Shown: positions 9,663 through 22,784, counted from the first letter of the whole stretch. The stretch: DNA of 63,436 bases, filler included, from Octopus bimaculoides (GCF_001194135.2; 5 parts of 5 records of this genome joined end to end with filler, not necessarily neighbours in it), one strand, 5' to 3'. Program-made: numbers and translations. Notes: generated from the sequence alone by a model not told the origin.

Positions 9663-12600
9663 NNNNNNNNNNNNNNNNNNNNNNNNNNNNNNNNNNNNNN
9701 NNNNNNNNNNNNNNNNNNNNNNNNNNNNNNNNNNNNNNNNNNNNNNNNNNNNNNNNNNNNNNNNNNNNNNNNNNNNNNNNNNNNNNNNNNNNNNNNNNNN
9801 NNNNNNNNNNNNNNNNNNNNNNNNNNNNNNNNNNNNNNNNNNNNNNNNNNNNNNNNNNNNNNNNNNNNNNNNNNNNNNNNNNNNNNNNNNNNNNNNNNNN
9901 NNNNNNNNNNNNNNNNNNNNNNNNNTGTGTGTGTGTGCTGTATTGTGTGTACTGTAGTAGACAAACGGCCTGCTGGGAATATATCCGTCATTCAAAGACA
10001 ATCGACGTACATTCATAAAATAGTGTAAGCGAATAAAAGTTTTATGTATTATAATAATCACTCACAAATGCACCCCGTTCGCTTTTGTCTGTGTGTATGT
10101 ATGTGTGTGTGTGTGTGCGCGCGTGCGCGCGTGTTTGTATGCGCATGCGTGTGAGGATATATGTATGTATATTAATATATATATTCGTGTATGTAAGTGT
10201 CTGTGTGTATGTATGAATGTTTATAATATAGCTATAGTTAGTGACTCCTAAAACTGTACGTATACACACATTGAATGATTGCAATGGCTGTGTTTAGTAA
10301 AATAAAGTCCTGGGGTCGATTTACTCGACTAAAGGCGGTGCTCCAGCATGGTCGCAGTCAAATGACTGAAACAAGTAAAAGAGTAAAAGAGTAAAAGAGT
10401 ATATATATATACTTTATTTAAAAGCAGCAGAAATATAACAAAAGCTGTTTCAGAAATTATAACAAAAGCTGTTCAGAGTTTCGCATTCCCGTTCGTCGGA
10501 CAGATTTGTTAAAATAGAACAGAAATAGAAATAACGTAATGATCAAAACTAGTTAAAGGATGCACCTTTAAAAATGGATTTGTTTCATTGGTCCTTTAAA
10601 TTAACGGGAACGTGAAACTCTGAGTAACAGTTTTTTGTTATATTTCTGCTGCTTTCAAATAAAGCATATTACTCTACCTCTGGTATTTGAGTACTCTTTT
10701 TTCCACCTTGTTGCACATTTATGTGCTTACTCAGGTATATTTTCTTCACTACTTCGGGGAGTGACGACCCTTCCTGACACGAGTCCCGGGCTCAGCTGGC
10801 TCCGGCTGACAGTACCCGGTATGGGCCCCTATTCAGGGTTACGGAAATGAGACAACCTTCAAAGAAATCCGTAGGCGGTTTAGTGTTCGACTCGACACTC
10901 TTCCGGCAGCTCCTGCATATATATATATACATATATATATATAGTTGCATTTGTATTCGGTTTTAGAGTCTGACAAGCCGTCCATGAGGCTAAGTCCTTT
11001 GTGGATACGGAACCATTGGTCACTCTGTGACTGCACTGATTGTGAGCGAATAAATTAGTAAGAGAGAGANNNNNNNNNNNNNNNNNNNNNNNNNNNNNNN
11101 NNNNNNNNNNNNNNNNNNNNNNNNNNNNNNNNNNNNNNNNNNNNNNNNNNNNNNNNNNNNNNNNNNNNNNNNNNNNNNNNNNNNNNNNNNNNNNNNNNNN
11201 NNNNNNNNNNNNNNNNNNNNNNNNNNNNNNNNNNNNNNNNNNNNNNNNNNNNNNNNNNNNNNNNNNNNNNNNNNNNNNNNNNNNNNNNNNNNNNNNNNNN
11301 NNNNNNNNNNNNNNNNNNNNNNNNNNNNNNNNNNNNNNNNNNNNNNNNNNNNNNNNNNNNNNNNNNNNNNNNNNNNNNNNNNNNNNNNNNNNNNNNNNNN
11401 NNNNNNNNNNNNNNNNNNNNNNNNNNNNNNNNNNNNNNNNNNNNNNNNNNNNNNNNNNNNNNNNNNNNNNNNNNNNNNNNNNNNNNNNNNNNNNNNNNNN
11501 NNNNNNNNNNNNNNNNNNNNNNNNNNNNNNNNNNNNNNNNNNNNNNNNNNNNNNNNNNNNNNNNNNNNNNNNNNNNNNNNNNNNNNNNNNNNNNNNNNNN
11601 NNNNNNNNNNNNNNNNNNNNNNNNNNNNNNNNNNNNNNNNNNNNNNNNNNNNNNNNNNNNNNNNNNNNNNNNNNNNNNNNNNNNNNNNNNNNNNNNNNNN
11701 NNNNNNNNNNNNNNNNNNNNNNNNNNNNNNNNNNNNNNNNNNNNNNNNNNNNNNNNNNNNNNNNNNNNNNNNNNNNNNNNNNNNNNNNNNNNNNNNNNNN
11801 NNNNNNNNNNNNNNNNNNNNNNNNNNNNNNNNNNNNNNNNNNNNNNNNNNNNNNNNNNNNNNNNNNNNNNNNNNNNNNNNNNNNNNNNNNNNNNNNNTCC
11901 TGACACGAGTCCCGGGCTCAGCTGGCTCCGGCTGACAGTACCCGGTATGGGCCCCTATTCAGGGTTACGGAAATGAGACAACCTTCAAAGAAATCCGTAG
12001 GCGGTTTAGTGTTCGACTCGACACTCTTCCGGCAGCTCCTGCATATATATATATACATATATGTGTGTGTGTGTGTTCCTGGCTTTGGGTAACAGAATAT
12101 ACAGGGGTTCAGTTAATTATAGTTTTATTCAACATATTCCCTTCTTAGATTCGAACACTTATCTCAGCGTTCCTTCGGTGATCTCCCTGTCGAATGCTCT
12201 GTCGAATGCTCAGCCACTTGCACGTTAATTACACGAGCAAGCTGTTCGGTTGATCGTATCAGCTGGAATCCTCGTTGTCGTAACCGACGGAGTACCACGT
12301 ATATCTATCTATCTATCTCTCTCTATATATATATATATGACAGGCTTCTTTCAGTTTCCGTCTGCGAAATCCACTAATCCACATACAAGGCTGAGAAGCA
12401 AGCTTCTTAACACACAGCCACGCCTACGCACGCACACACACACACATACACACACACACACACACACANNNNNNNNNNNNNNNNNNNNNNNNNNNNNNNN
12501 NNNNNNNNNNNNNNNNNNNNNNNNNNNNNNNNNNNNNNNNNNNNNNNNNNNNNNNNNNNNNNNNNNNNNNNNNNNNNNNNNNNNNNNNNNNNNNNNNNNN

Positions 12601-13607
12601 NNNNNNNNNNNNNNNNNNNNNNNNNNNNNNNNNNNNNNNNNNNNNNNNNNNNNNNNNNNNNNNNNNNNNNNNNNNNNNNNNNNNNNNNNNNTATATATAA
12701 AGAAAAAGGAGATTTGGATATTCAGATCTTGACTACCTCCTTTTCTTAATATATAACCCCTTTCGGGGGTCGATAAATTAAGTACCAGTTGCGTACTGGG
12801 GTCGATCTAATCGACTGACCCCATCACCCAAAATTTCGGGCCTTGTGCCTAGAGTAGAAAGGAAAAAAATATCTAAAATCCGTACACTACGCCAAACAAT
12901 CTACACATGCGTTTCAACTATAGCTTTGAGCCATTCCATAAGGCTTGTATTGGGGGTGGTAAGGCTATTAATTTACCAACCGCTGAGGTTAGTAAAATAA
13001 CAACGTTACAAATTTACCACCCCTGGATTTTACGTATAACACAGATGGGATTTAGGAAACGCTCATAGTTTGTTCGTTTCTTAGTTTGTTTTCCTTATAT
13101 GTTCTGTCGTCTGCGAAGTCTCTACAGGCGTAATGACTGGAAGACTTAAATTCCGTCGAGATCGACTTTGCCTTTCATCCTATCCGGGTCGATTAAATAA
13201 GTACCAGTTACGCACTGGGGTCGATGTAATCGACTTAATCTCTTTGTCCGTCCTTGTTTGTCCCCTCTATGTTTAGCCCCGCCCCCACTCTGTGGGCAAT
13301 GAAGAAATAATTGGCTAGAAGACTCATATATACCCTTTATCTATTACTTGTTTCGGTCATTTGACTGTGGCCCTGCTGGAGCACCGCCTGTTAGAGTTTT
13401 AAAAAATCGAATCGACCGCGGTGCTTATGTTTCTTTTTCAAAGCTTAGTGCTTATTTTATCAGTACCTTTTGCCAAACCGGTAAGTGAATTCCTAGTAAC
13501 GTAAGGTTGCCAAGCAGTGGCGGAAGAGTAACACAAAGACACAAATGCATAGTTGTGTATGTATGTGTATACATATATATGTGTGTGTGTGTTTATGTAT
13601 GTGTGTC

Positions 13608-13686
<79 letters not shown>

Positions 13687-14030
13687 CACGACACACATAC
13701 ATAAACACACACACACAAACACACACATATGTGCGTGCAATGGTCCACCAACAAAAAGATTGAGTTAAGAATCGAAGCACAACGCCGTGTCTGCAATGTA
13801 AAGTGATATTTCTTATAATATTAATAATATTCGTGCCATCTATTGTATATTTGAACGTATATCCTTGCATGTATATTAGATAACAGATGCACGCAGACAC
13901 GCACGCGTATCATATATATATATATATATANNNNNNNNNNNNNNNNNNNNNNNNNNNNNNNNNNNNNNNNNNNNTTAATTAATTAANNNNNNNNNNNNNN
14001 NNNNNNNNNNNNNNNNNNNNNNNNNNNNNN

Positions 14031-14360
14031 AATTCTAGACCTTGCTTCCACACCTGAAACTTCTCCTCTAGTTCTGATAGTGACTCCGCAATTAGGGCAA
14101 GGTCATCAGCATAGAGGAGCTCCCAGGGCAACCTGTCTTGAACTCCTCTGTGATTGCCTGGAGGACTATGGTAAATAATAGGGGGCTGAGGACGGAACCT
14201 TGGTGGACCCCTACCTCTACCCGGAATTCATTGCTGTACTCATTTCCAACCCTCACCTTACTGGCAGCATCTCTGTACATGGCTCGCACAGCTCTCACTA
14301 ACCATTCTTCTATCCCAAGTTTCCTCATTGACCACCAGATAAGGGATCGGGGGACCCTGT
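14031..14360 (-). mobile_element. RTE LINE reverse transcriptase fragment
   Basis: RVPRSLIWWSMRKLGIEEWLVRAV..VGVHQGSVLSPLLF..GCP(fs)WELLYADDLALIAES. Confidence 0.92.
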
Positions 14361-14756
14361 AAAACAAAACATACAAATCTGCACATGCACTGATATCAAA
14401 TAATGCATGTATGCACACATGCATACAAAAATATCCTATTAATGGTGTTGAAATTCCAATGAAGGAAACTAGCATCAAGGCTAGAAATCAGCTCTTTCTC
14501 TATTGGCAAGAAATTTTGAAATAAAACTAAGGACATACATACATCCATCCAAATAAAAAACACTTGTCCAAGATGCCATACAGAGAGATTGAACTCAAAA
14601 CCATGTGACTGAGAAGCAAACTTTTTAACAATACAGCCAACCTTGCATCCTTACTCACACAGACAGACAAACCTGCGTATGCGTGTGTGCACGTACATGC
14701 CGACAGACCCATGATCAAAATGGACACCACCTATGCCATTCTGTTACTTGTTTATA

Positions 14757-16564
14757 GTCTACAACGCTATTGAAGCCGTTTTTGTAACACAATGCTTTGG
14801 TGTTATTGGGAGATAAATATAGCTTTGACGAGTAGAATAAACTATAGTTTGGTAGTTTTGCATTTCTGGTTCAAAAGTTCTAAACGTTCTTCGCTTTTGA
14901 GAGAAAAATAAAAGAAACCAGGGTCATTAGTAGTGTATTTTATCATTTATTGAAATTATCATCATCACTACTGCTTGAAGTATCACTTTCACCATCACTG
15001 ACTTCATCTTCGGACTCTTCATCGTCTTCAATGGCTCTAATATGCTTGTAGAGCATGTTCAGATGAGAATTAGCCTTGTTAATAACATCCTTGGACTGTT
15101 TTGCTCTCTAGATTCTGAAATGATGCATACAGTTATGCCAGCACTTGCTCAAAGGTGTGTTTGCAGTGTACTCTCTTCCCACTTCTCCCTTGACAATGGC
15201 CCATACGAATTCAATTGGCTGCAAATCGAAATGATGTGGTACAGAAAAGATGACCTCATGACTTTTTTCTCTTGCCATGGAACAAACGACTGGAAAGACG
15301 TGTAGTTTGTTGTACTCCCTCAGCTTTTCCCATAGCACACACTTCAGATCTCCTGTTTCGAATGGAATCTCTTGTTCTTGACATACTATCTGTGTTTGAG
15401 CCTTCTTCCACCATTGATGTTGATTCAGGGAGATTAGAGTAACATTTGGCATTGTCCATCTCAATGACAATGTTACTAATCCCTCGGTCATCAAGAGCTT
15501 TTCCATCCACTTGTGGTCGAACATCCCATGGTAGTCTTTCGTTTGTTTTCCTCCTACAAAGACATGCAGAGTGTCCTCCACTTGATTTTCATTTCGAGCT
15601 TCTTCTGGCACAGTGTAGTCATCATCAATTATGGCCACGATGAAACAATATTGCTTTCCTTTGTGTGTTGTGTTTTCACTTGTTGGTCCTGCTCTGCTCA
15701 TTGTTTGGATCATACACACTGTCATCATGTCGAGGATAATTCTTCTGAATATAACTTTCATCCATGTACACAATTTGTCACTTCTTCGCTGCGTTGAGAG
15801 AAACTAAATTTGACTATATAGAGATCTTGTTTGCGAATGTACTTGGCTCGGAGCTTGTAGCACATCATTCCTTTCTTCTTTCTGCAATGGTACCCTTTTC
15901 ATTTAAGGAACCTTTGAACAGATCGCAGAGCTGCTTGAACTTGCTTTGGTTGATCACGGTGAACAGCAATGAAACCATTTTCGATACAACAGTCCATCAC
16001 ATCCCGAGCAACAATCCTAGTGTGAGTCGCCCAAAGATCTCTGAAAAATTTCTGAACTACTGAAGTCACAAGATGAAGAGCAGGAACTACCAAAGCCTTT
16101 AGATTTCGATTTCCTGCTCCGAAATTTCTTCAGTCTCAATAAACTTGGTCCAGATTTTGCTGCAGAGCTTATTACTTCGACCAAGGACATTCTTCCTCAT
16201 TCATCCAGGTCTCTTATTACTGTGCAACATGACATGTTTATGACGAAAATTAGCTTGAACAAAGAGAATATCCAACTTCTCCTCCTTGGTAAGGCTCCTA
16301 GGTCGATTTTTTTTCTCACGAAATTCTCCACAGATTCGAGAAATTGATTATCCACAACCTTAAGCTTGTTCTTGGGAGTGTAAGAAACAACATTTCCCTA
16401 TCATTTTCTTCATTTCTTTCCATAACTTTTCATCTGGAGGGGAGAGAAAAATAATTGATAGTGCAAAAGAAAGATCTCAACGAGATCTATTCAACAATAT
16501 AATGAGTTTAGCAGTAAAAACTAACTGAGTTAAACACAAAACAGGCCTCAATGGTGTTGCGGAC
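14757..16564 (-). mobile_element. Decayed IS630-Tc1-mariner transposon with long DDE spacing (Sailor/DD82E-like)
   Basis: QIVYMDESYIQKNY..KDYHGMFDH..NIVIEMDNAKCY..HEVIFSVPHHFDLQPIEFVWAIVKGEVGREY, acidic C-terminal tail; 241 nt between second D and E (one frameshift); degenerate TIRs at about 14757-14787 and 16535-16564. Confidence 0.8.
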
Positions 16565-16694
16565 AGTTAAAACTTGTATATCGAGATCTGCTATAAATTT
16601 CGAGTGTGTGTGTGTGTGTGTTTAGTAAAATACCTTTTCGGCCACTCTTTGAATAGTCAAAAACCAGGGACAGACTTCTGATGAAATGTGCCCT

Positions 16695-16746
<52 letters not shown>

Positions 16747-16772
16747 TTTCTTTTGTTTGTTTNNNNNNNNNN

Positions 16773-16802
<30 letters not shown>

Positions 16803-16807
<5 letters not shown>

Positions 16808-16975
16808 TCTGTGGTTGTGTGGTAAGTAGCTTGCTTACCAACCACATGGTTCCGGGTTCAGTCCTATTGCGTGGCACCTTGGGTAAAAGTCTTCCATTAT
16901 AACTTCAGGCTGACCAAAGCCTTGTGAGTGGATTTGGTTGACGGAGACTGAAAGAAGCCCATCGTATATATGTAT
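16803..16975 (+). mobile_element. SINE family 1 head
   Basis: gttgtgtggtaagtagcttgcttaccaaccacatggttccgggttcagtcc. Confidence 0.8.
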
Positions 16976-17329
16976 GTGTGTGTGTGTGTGTTTTGGTGGT
17001 TAAACTTAGTAAATATTTCATGATAGTATTTCACAGATTAAACCTATCTTTGCTATATTGACTTCAATCAAATAACAGTCATGACATTCCATGTCAGTTC
17101 ATCATTAGTCTACACACATTTAGTGCAGATTTCAATTGTCACAAGTTAAACAGTGAAGGTTTGTGAAGAGCAACTCATTTGTGTACAATTCTCTTCCTAA
17201 TTGAAACCTGACACAGGTACTTTTTATGGATTCTTTTTTAATGTGAAACAGGCTTTTGGGAAAGATTATTTGATCCATAAACAAACTCACAATTAATATA
17301 AATGCTTCAAAAGGCAGTGATCTGACAAA

Positions 17330-17505
17330 CGTTAGCATGCCGGGCGAAATGCTTAGCAGTATTTTATCTGTCTTTATGTTCTAAGTTCAAATTCTGCCAA
17401 AGTCGACTTTGCCTTTCATGCTTTCAGGGTTGATAAATTAAGTACCAGTTGTGTACTGGCCCCCTCCCTCAAAATTTCAGGCCTTGTGCCTAGAGTAGAA
17501 AAGAA
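17330..17505 (+). mobile_element. tRNA-derived SINE family 2
   Basis: gttcaaattc B-box then gtcgactttgcctttcat..gataaattaagtaccagtt..gccttgtgcctagagtagaaa; other copies at 12755-12862, 13140-13310, 21585-21720. Confidence 0.75.
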
Positions 17506-18394
17506 TATAAGTGCTTCAAGTTGGGAAGAACATCCACTAAAAACAATTCCAAATCGAACCACCTTCCAGCACAATTGATGGCAATGATATTGTAAAAGTT
17601 AAATGATGTGATCCGTGTTGTGCAGTGGGACTGAACCCAAGACCACCTGGCTGCAAAGCAAGCTTCTTAACCACACAGCTGTGTCTGTGCCTCTATGAAA
17701 ACTTTCTGAAAAGTATCGTCACACTTGATGAAACACAGCTGTGGCCGTTGTACTGAAAAAACAAAATGACAATGGTCATAGTGCGTTGGACCATTGTCAC
17801 CATAACCAGAAGATGCCCATCAGATTTGGCCAAATATGAGGTTGGAGTTGACTGCCATTTTTTTGACTGAAAGGTCATCAGTCGTTCTAGTTTGTTATTC
17901 ATAGTCAGTTGCTCTATGAGAAGGTTTTATGTAGATGTCTTAAGATGTTTTAGTGAGTAAGCAATTAAGAAGAAGCCTGAGGCATGGACACTAAGACACG
18001 CACCAGGTTAATGTACCTGCTCACACACCACACATATGTATGTATGTATGTAGGGAAAAAAAACATTTACAAATCGTGCATAAGAAATAAATTTCTCTTA
18101 AAACTTTCAAAATTCAGTTGGGATGAATCATGTCCTTTAATTGTATTGAATTACTCAGTGAAGTGTCAGAAACAAATATTTCCTTTTCCAAACATTGTTA
18201 ATATGCTTATCTCACAGTAACTTCTTCCGTAAACACAAAGGGAAATACCACATAACGTGGTGTGATCAATGTAAATTATACAACTGATTAACTACCAGCA
18301 TGAACAATTTTGTCATTCAAATCTATTGTCTTTTGAAAGACTGTGACAAGAAACACTAAGAACAGAGTGAATCACATGCTTCGTATGATGGCGA

Positions 18395-18434
<40 letters not shown>

Positions 18435-18871
18435 ATATATATATATTATTATATGTATTTATTTTCGCTTGGTTAATAATTAATTCTGAGAAAATAAATT
18501 GGTTAATAGATACCAGGGTAGCAACGATCACAAAATGACTGTGGTGTAACTCCTGTTTATGAGGTAGGAACTCCCTGTTATTTTGGGCAATTGAGTAAAT
18601 ATAAAAATTTAGTAAATGGAGTAATACGCATANNNNNNNNNNTATATATATACACAATATATATATATTATTATATGTATTTATTTTCGCTTGGTTAATA
18701 ATTAATTCTGAGAAAATAAATTGGTTAATAGATACCAGGGTAGCAACGATCACAAAATGACTGTGGTGTAACTCCTGTTTATGAGGTAGGAACTCCCTGT
18801 TATTTTGGGCAATTGAGTAAATATAAAAATTTAGTAAATGGAGTAATACGCATATGTTAAATGGATTCTTT

Positions 18872-18963
18872 TATTTCCAACATATGTTTCGAAGATTACA
18901 AATAGTTCCTTCCAAAGGAATAGGTGATGTTGATAAAGATGTAATCTTCTCTTCAGGGAAATA
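18872..18963 (-). ncRNA. Type I minimal hammerhead ribozyme, canonical core
   Basis: Minus strand reads UAUUUCC-CUGAAGA-GAAGAUUACA-[39 nt]-UGUAAUCUUC-GAAA-CAUAU-GUU-GGAAAUA: 7-bp stem I, 10-bp stem II, self-complementary ACAUAUGU in place of stem III, GUU cleavage triplet. Confidence 0.85.
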
Positions 18964-19028
18964 CATAAGAACCAGCTTAACCGTAAGACATTTTAACCGA
19001 ATGTGATAACATATATATATATATGTAT

Positions 19029-19180
19029 AAGGAGAATTCACAAAAAACAACAGACGAAGACAGGTGGTGTAGAAAACAAATAGATTTATAAGTATCACGC
19101 TTGGGAATTGAAAAAGTCTTTAATGTTTCGAGCCTACGCTCTTCCACAGAAAGGAACACGGAAAGAAACAAAGAGAGAAA
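19029..19180 (-). repeat. Second copy of the hammerhead-like dispersed repeat
   Basis: Aligns by eye with 2346-2510. Confidence 0.6.
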
Positions 19181-20348
19181 CATGTGTGTGTGTGTGTGTG
19201 TATGCATATATATATATATTGTATTTTGGATTGGACATTTCTTTTTATGCTAAATAAACATATGCACAATATATTCGATCTTCACTAGGAGAATGGACTA
19301 AGTGGAGTAGGGGCATACACGAGGAAGGAAAGCATTGCTGAAGAGGTCACAGATGTGTGACAAAAGGTTTCCAGACAATGGACATGAGTTAAAATAAGAA
19401 CAGTAATAAATGAGTGAAGAACGAATATATAGTGCGTGTGTTAATTTAACAANNNNNNNNNNNNNNNNNNNNNNNNNNNNNNNNNNNNNNNNNNNNNNNN
19501 NNNNNNNNNNNNNNNNNNNNNNNNNNNNNNNNNNNNNNNNNNNNNNNNNNNNNNNNNNNNNNNNNNNNNNNNNNNNNNNNNNNNNNNNNNNNNNNNNNNN
19601 NNNNNNNNNNNNNNNNNNNNNNNNNNNNNNNNNNNNNNNNNNNNNNNNNNNNNNNNNNNNNNNNNNNNNNNNNNNNNNNNNNNNNNNNNNNNNNNNNNNN
19701 NNNNNNNNNNNNNNNNNNNNNNNNNNNNNNNNNNNNNNNNNNNNNNNNNNNNNNNNNNNNNNNNNNNNNNNNNNNNNNNNNNNNNNNNNNNNNNNNNNNN
19801 NNNNNNNNNNNNNNNNNNNNNNNNNNNNNNNNNNNNNNNNNNNNNNNNNNNNNNNNNNNNNNNNNNNNNNNNNNNNNNNNNNNNNNNNNNNNNNNNNNNN
19901 NNNNNNNNNNNNNNNNNNNNNNNNNNNNNNNNNNNNNNNNNNNNNNNNNNNNNNNNNNNNNNNNNNNNNNNNNNNNNNNNNNNNNNNNNNNNNNNNNNNN
20001 NNNNNNNNNNNNNNNNNNNNNNNNNNNNNNNNNNNNNNNNNNNNNNNNNNNNNNNNNNNNNNNNNNNNNNNNNNNNNNNNNNNNNNNNNNNNNNNNNNNN
20101 NNNNNNNNNNNNNNNNNNNNNNNNNNNNNNNNNNNNNNNNNNNNNNNNNNNNNNNNNNNNNNNNNNNNNNNNNNNNNNNNNNNNNNNNNNNNNNNNNNNN
20201 NNNNNNNNNNNNNNNNNNNNNNNNNNNNNNNNNNNNNNNNNNNNNNNNNNNNNNNNNNNNNNNNNNNNNNNNNNNNNNNNNNNNNNNNNNNNNNNNNNNN
20301 NNNNNNNNNNNNNNNNNNNNNNNNNNNNNNNNNNNNNNNNNNNNNNNN

Positions 20349-21180
20349 CACTTGCCTCAACAGGCCTTTGTAAGCAAATTTTATTGTCCAATGAATGAAG
20401 GGTATTCATAAGTGGGCTAGTTACACCCACTGGCATAGGCCATGGGTTATGGTCTCACTTGGATTGTCGGGTCTTCTCAAGCACAACATATCTCCAAAGG
20501 TCTCAGTTACTAGTCATTGTCTCGGTAATGCCCAATGTTTGAAGGTCGTACTTCACTACCTCATCCCAGGTCTTCCTGTGTCTACCTCTTCCACAGGTTC
20601 CCTCAACAGCTAGGGTGTGACGCTGTTTCACATGGCTGTCCACATTCATTCACAACACATGAACATACCAGCGCAGTTGTCTCTCTTTCACACCATATCT
20701 GATGCTTCTTAAATCCAAGTTTTCCCTCAGGGCACTTACTCTGTCATGTATGCACACTGACATCATATATCCAGCAGAGCATACTGGCTTCATACCTTGC
20801 AAGCTTATGCATGTCCTCAGCAGTCACAGCCCATGTTTCACTGCCATGTAGCATGGCTGTTCGTACACATGCGTCATACAGTCTACCTTTTACTCTGAGT
20901 GAGAAGCCATTATCACCAGGCTATTTCTTATTCTAGCAGCTACACTTTCAGAGCATCTGCCACTGCTACTGACTTGGTACCCTAGGTAACGGAATCTATC
21001 AACTACTTGTAGCTTTTCTCTCTGGAATGTGACAGAAGCTGTTCTCTGCACATTTTCAGTGCTTATAGCACCTGAACGTTTGCCACATAGAAGAACTATC
21101 TTCCCAGTTAGCCTTCCTTTGATATTGCTGCATCTCTTATGTGTCCATAGCTTACACTGGGTACATCTTATGTTTACCTT
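20349..21180 (-). mobile_element. RTE LINE ORF2 C-terminal fragment (inverted relative to the adjacent 3'UTR)
   Basis: Reverse complement of the LREKLDLRSIRCGVQERRL..GRGRPRKTWDEVVK region seen at 28593 and 54400. Confidence 0.9.
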
Positions 21181-21590
21181 CTTGCAAAGACCTGTTGGGG
21201 CAAGTGAGATCGAAACTGAACCAAATTTTATGACTGATACCCGTGCCAGTGGAGCACTAACAGCACCATCCGAGCAGGATCACTGCCAGAGCAGCGGTCT
21301 CGCTCCCGTGCCGGTGGCACGTAAAAAGCACCATTTGAGCGCAATTGTTTCCAGCTTCACCTTACTGGCACTTGTGCCAGTGGCATGTGAACAAAACATT
21401 AGACTGACTCCTGTGCAGGTAGCACATAAAAAACACCATTTGAGCGTGGTCGTTGCCAGTACCGCCGGACTGGCCCTCGTGCCGGTGGCACGTGAAAAGC
21501 ACCCACTACACTCTCAGAGTGGTTGGCGTTAGGAAGGGCATCCAGCTGTAGAAACTCTGACAGATCAGATTGGAGCCTGGTGTAGCCTTC
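21180..21590 (+). mobile_element. RTE LINE 3'UTR with ~60-nt tandem units
   Basis: Repeated ccrgtggcacgtaaaaagcacc units and the gttggcgttaggaagggcatccagctgtagaaactc tail. Confidence 0.85.
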
Positions 21591-22080
21591 TGAGTTCAAA
21601 TTCCTCCGAGGTGGACTTTGCCTTTCATACATTAGGGCTCGATACTAGTTAAGCACAGGGGTTGATGTAATCCCCACTCTTAAAACTGCAGGCCTTGTGC
21701 CAAAATTAGAAACTAATACAATTTCATATTTAGTCTCTGCATGGGCCCCCTCCTCCTCCATCTGTTTGTGTTTATTAACCCTTCTCTCTCTCATTTTCTC
21801 TTTCTGCCTTTATCACTACAATTTTCTGTCTGTCTGTCTCGCTCTGTCTCTCTCTCTCTCTCTTTATCACCCTTGTTCTCTCTTCTCTGTCTTATCATTC
21901 ACTCTGTCTATTCTTGTTTTTATCGTAGGCATGCACAAACTCTCAGCTACATACTCTCTCTTTCACTCTGTTTTTATACCTTCCCCTTTCTCTCCTCCAT
22001 TTTATATCATTCTCACTCTCTTTTCTCTTCTTTATTATTCTTTCACTGTTTTTATTCACTTGTTCTGTCTCTATCGCTTT

Positions 22081-22119
<39 letters not shown>

Positions 22120-22748
22120 CTACCTCCTTTTCTGTCTTTATCATTCTCTCTCATTTCTTTTTCTGTCTTTTACACACACTCTCTCTTCATCACCACTTTA
22201 CTCACTCCCACGCTCCTGCACTACTCGTGAATACAGTCACACATACACAAGCGGACACGCTCATTCATCCCCGCCCTTTCTGTGGTGTGTGTGTGTGTGT
22301 ATGTGTGTGTGCGTATTTCTCACCAAGTATCTCAATATCTCTGAATATACATATATACATATATGTGTGAAGAGCAGTAATTTCCTATATGAATTGCCTT
22401 AGATCTTGACAACGCGTCTATCCCATGGCAACAATGGAAAACGGACGTAAAACTATGTTAATGATGATGATAAATGCATCTATATTTTGTATAGCTGTCT
22501 ATATATCAGTATATCTGTATATCCATGTGTAAACACACACACACACACACACACACGTTCCCATACAAATTCATTCATATTATAACCGGTGTGTGCTTGT
22601 TTACGCTTACGTTCCAAAAACTTAGCGGTTCAGCTAAGGAAACCGATAGAGTAAGTACAAGAAATAAACACTGGAGGGCAATTCGTTCAACTTAAGACTT
22701 CAAAACGGTGCTCAAGTATGGCCAAGGCCCATTGGCTGAGACAAGTGA

Positions 22749-22784
<36 letters not shown>

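Noticed and set aside
10772-12063. Near-identical ~165-bp direct repeat on both sides of a gap
   Set aside because: Near-identity flanking a gap indicates unmerged contig overlap or haplotigs; a weak hammerhead-like pattern on its minus strand lacks both CUGA and GAAA
18410-18852. Tandem duplication of ~210 bp around a 10-N gap
   Set aside because: Identical copies split by a minimal gap: assembly artefact
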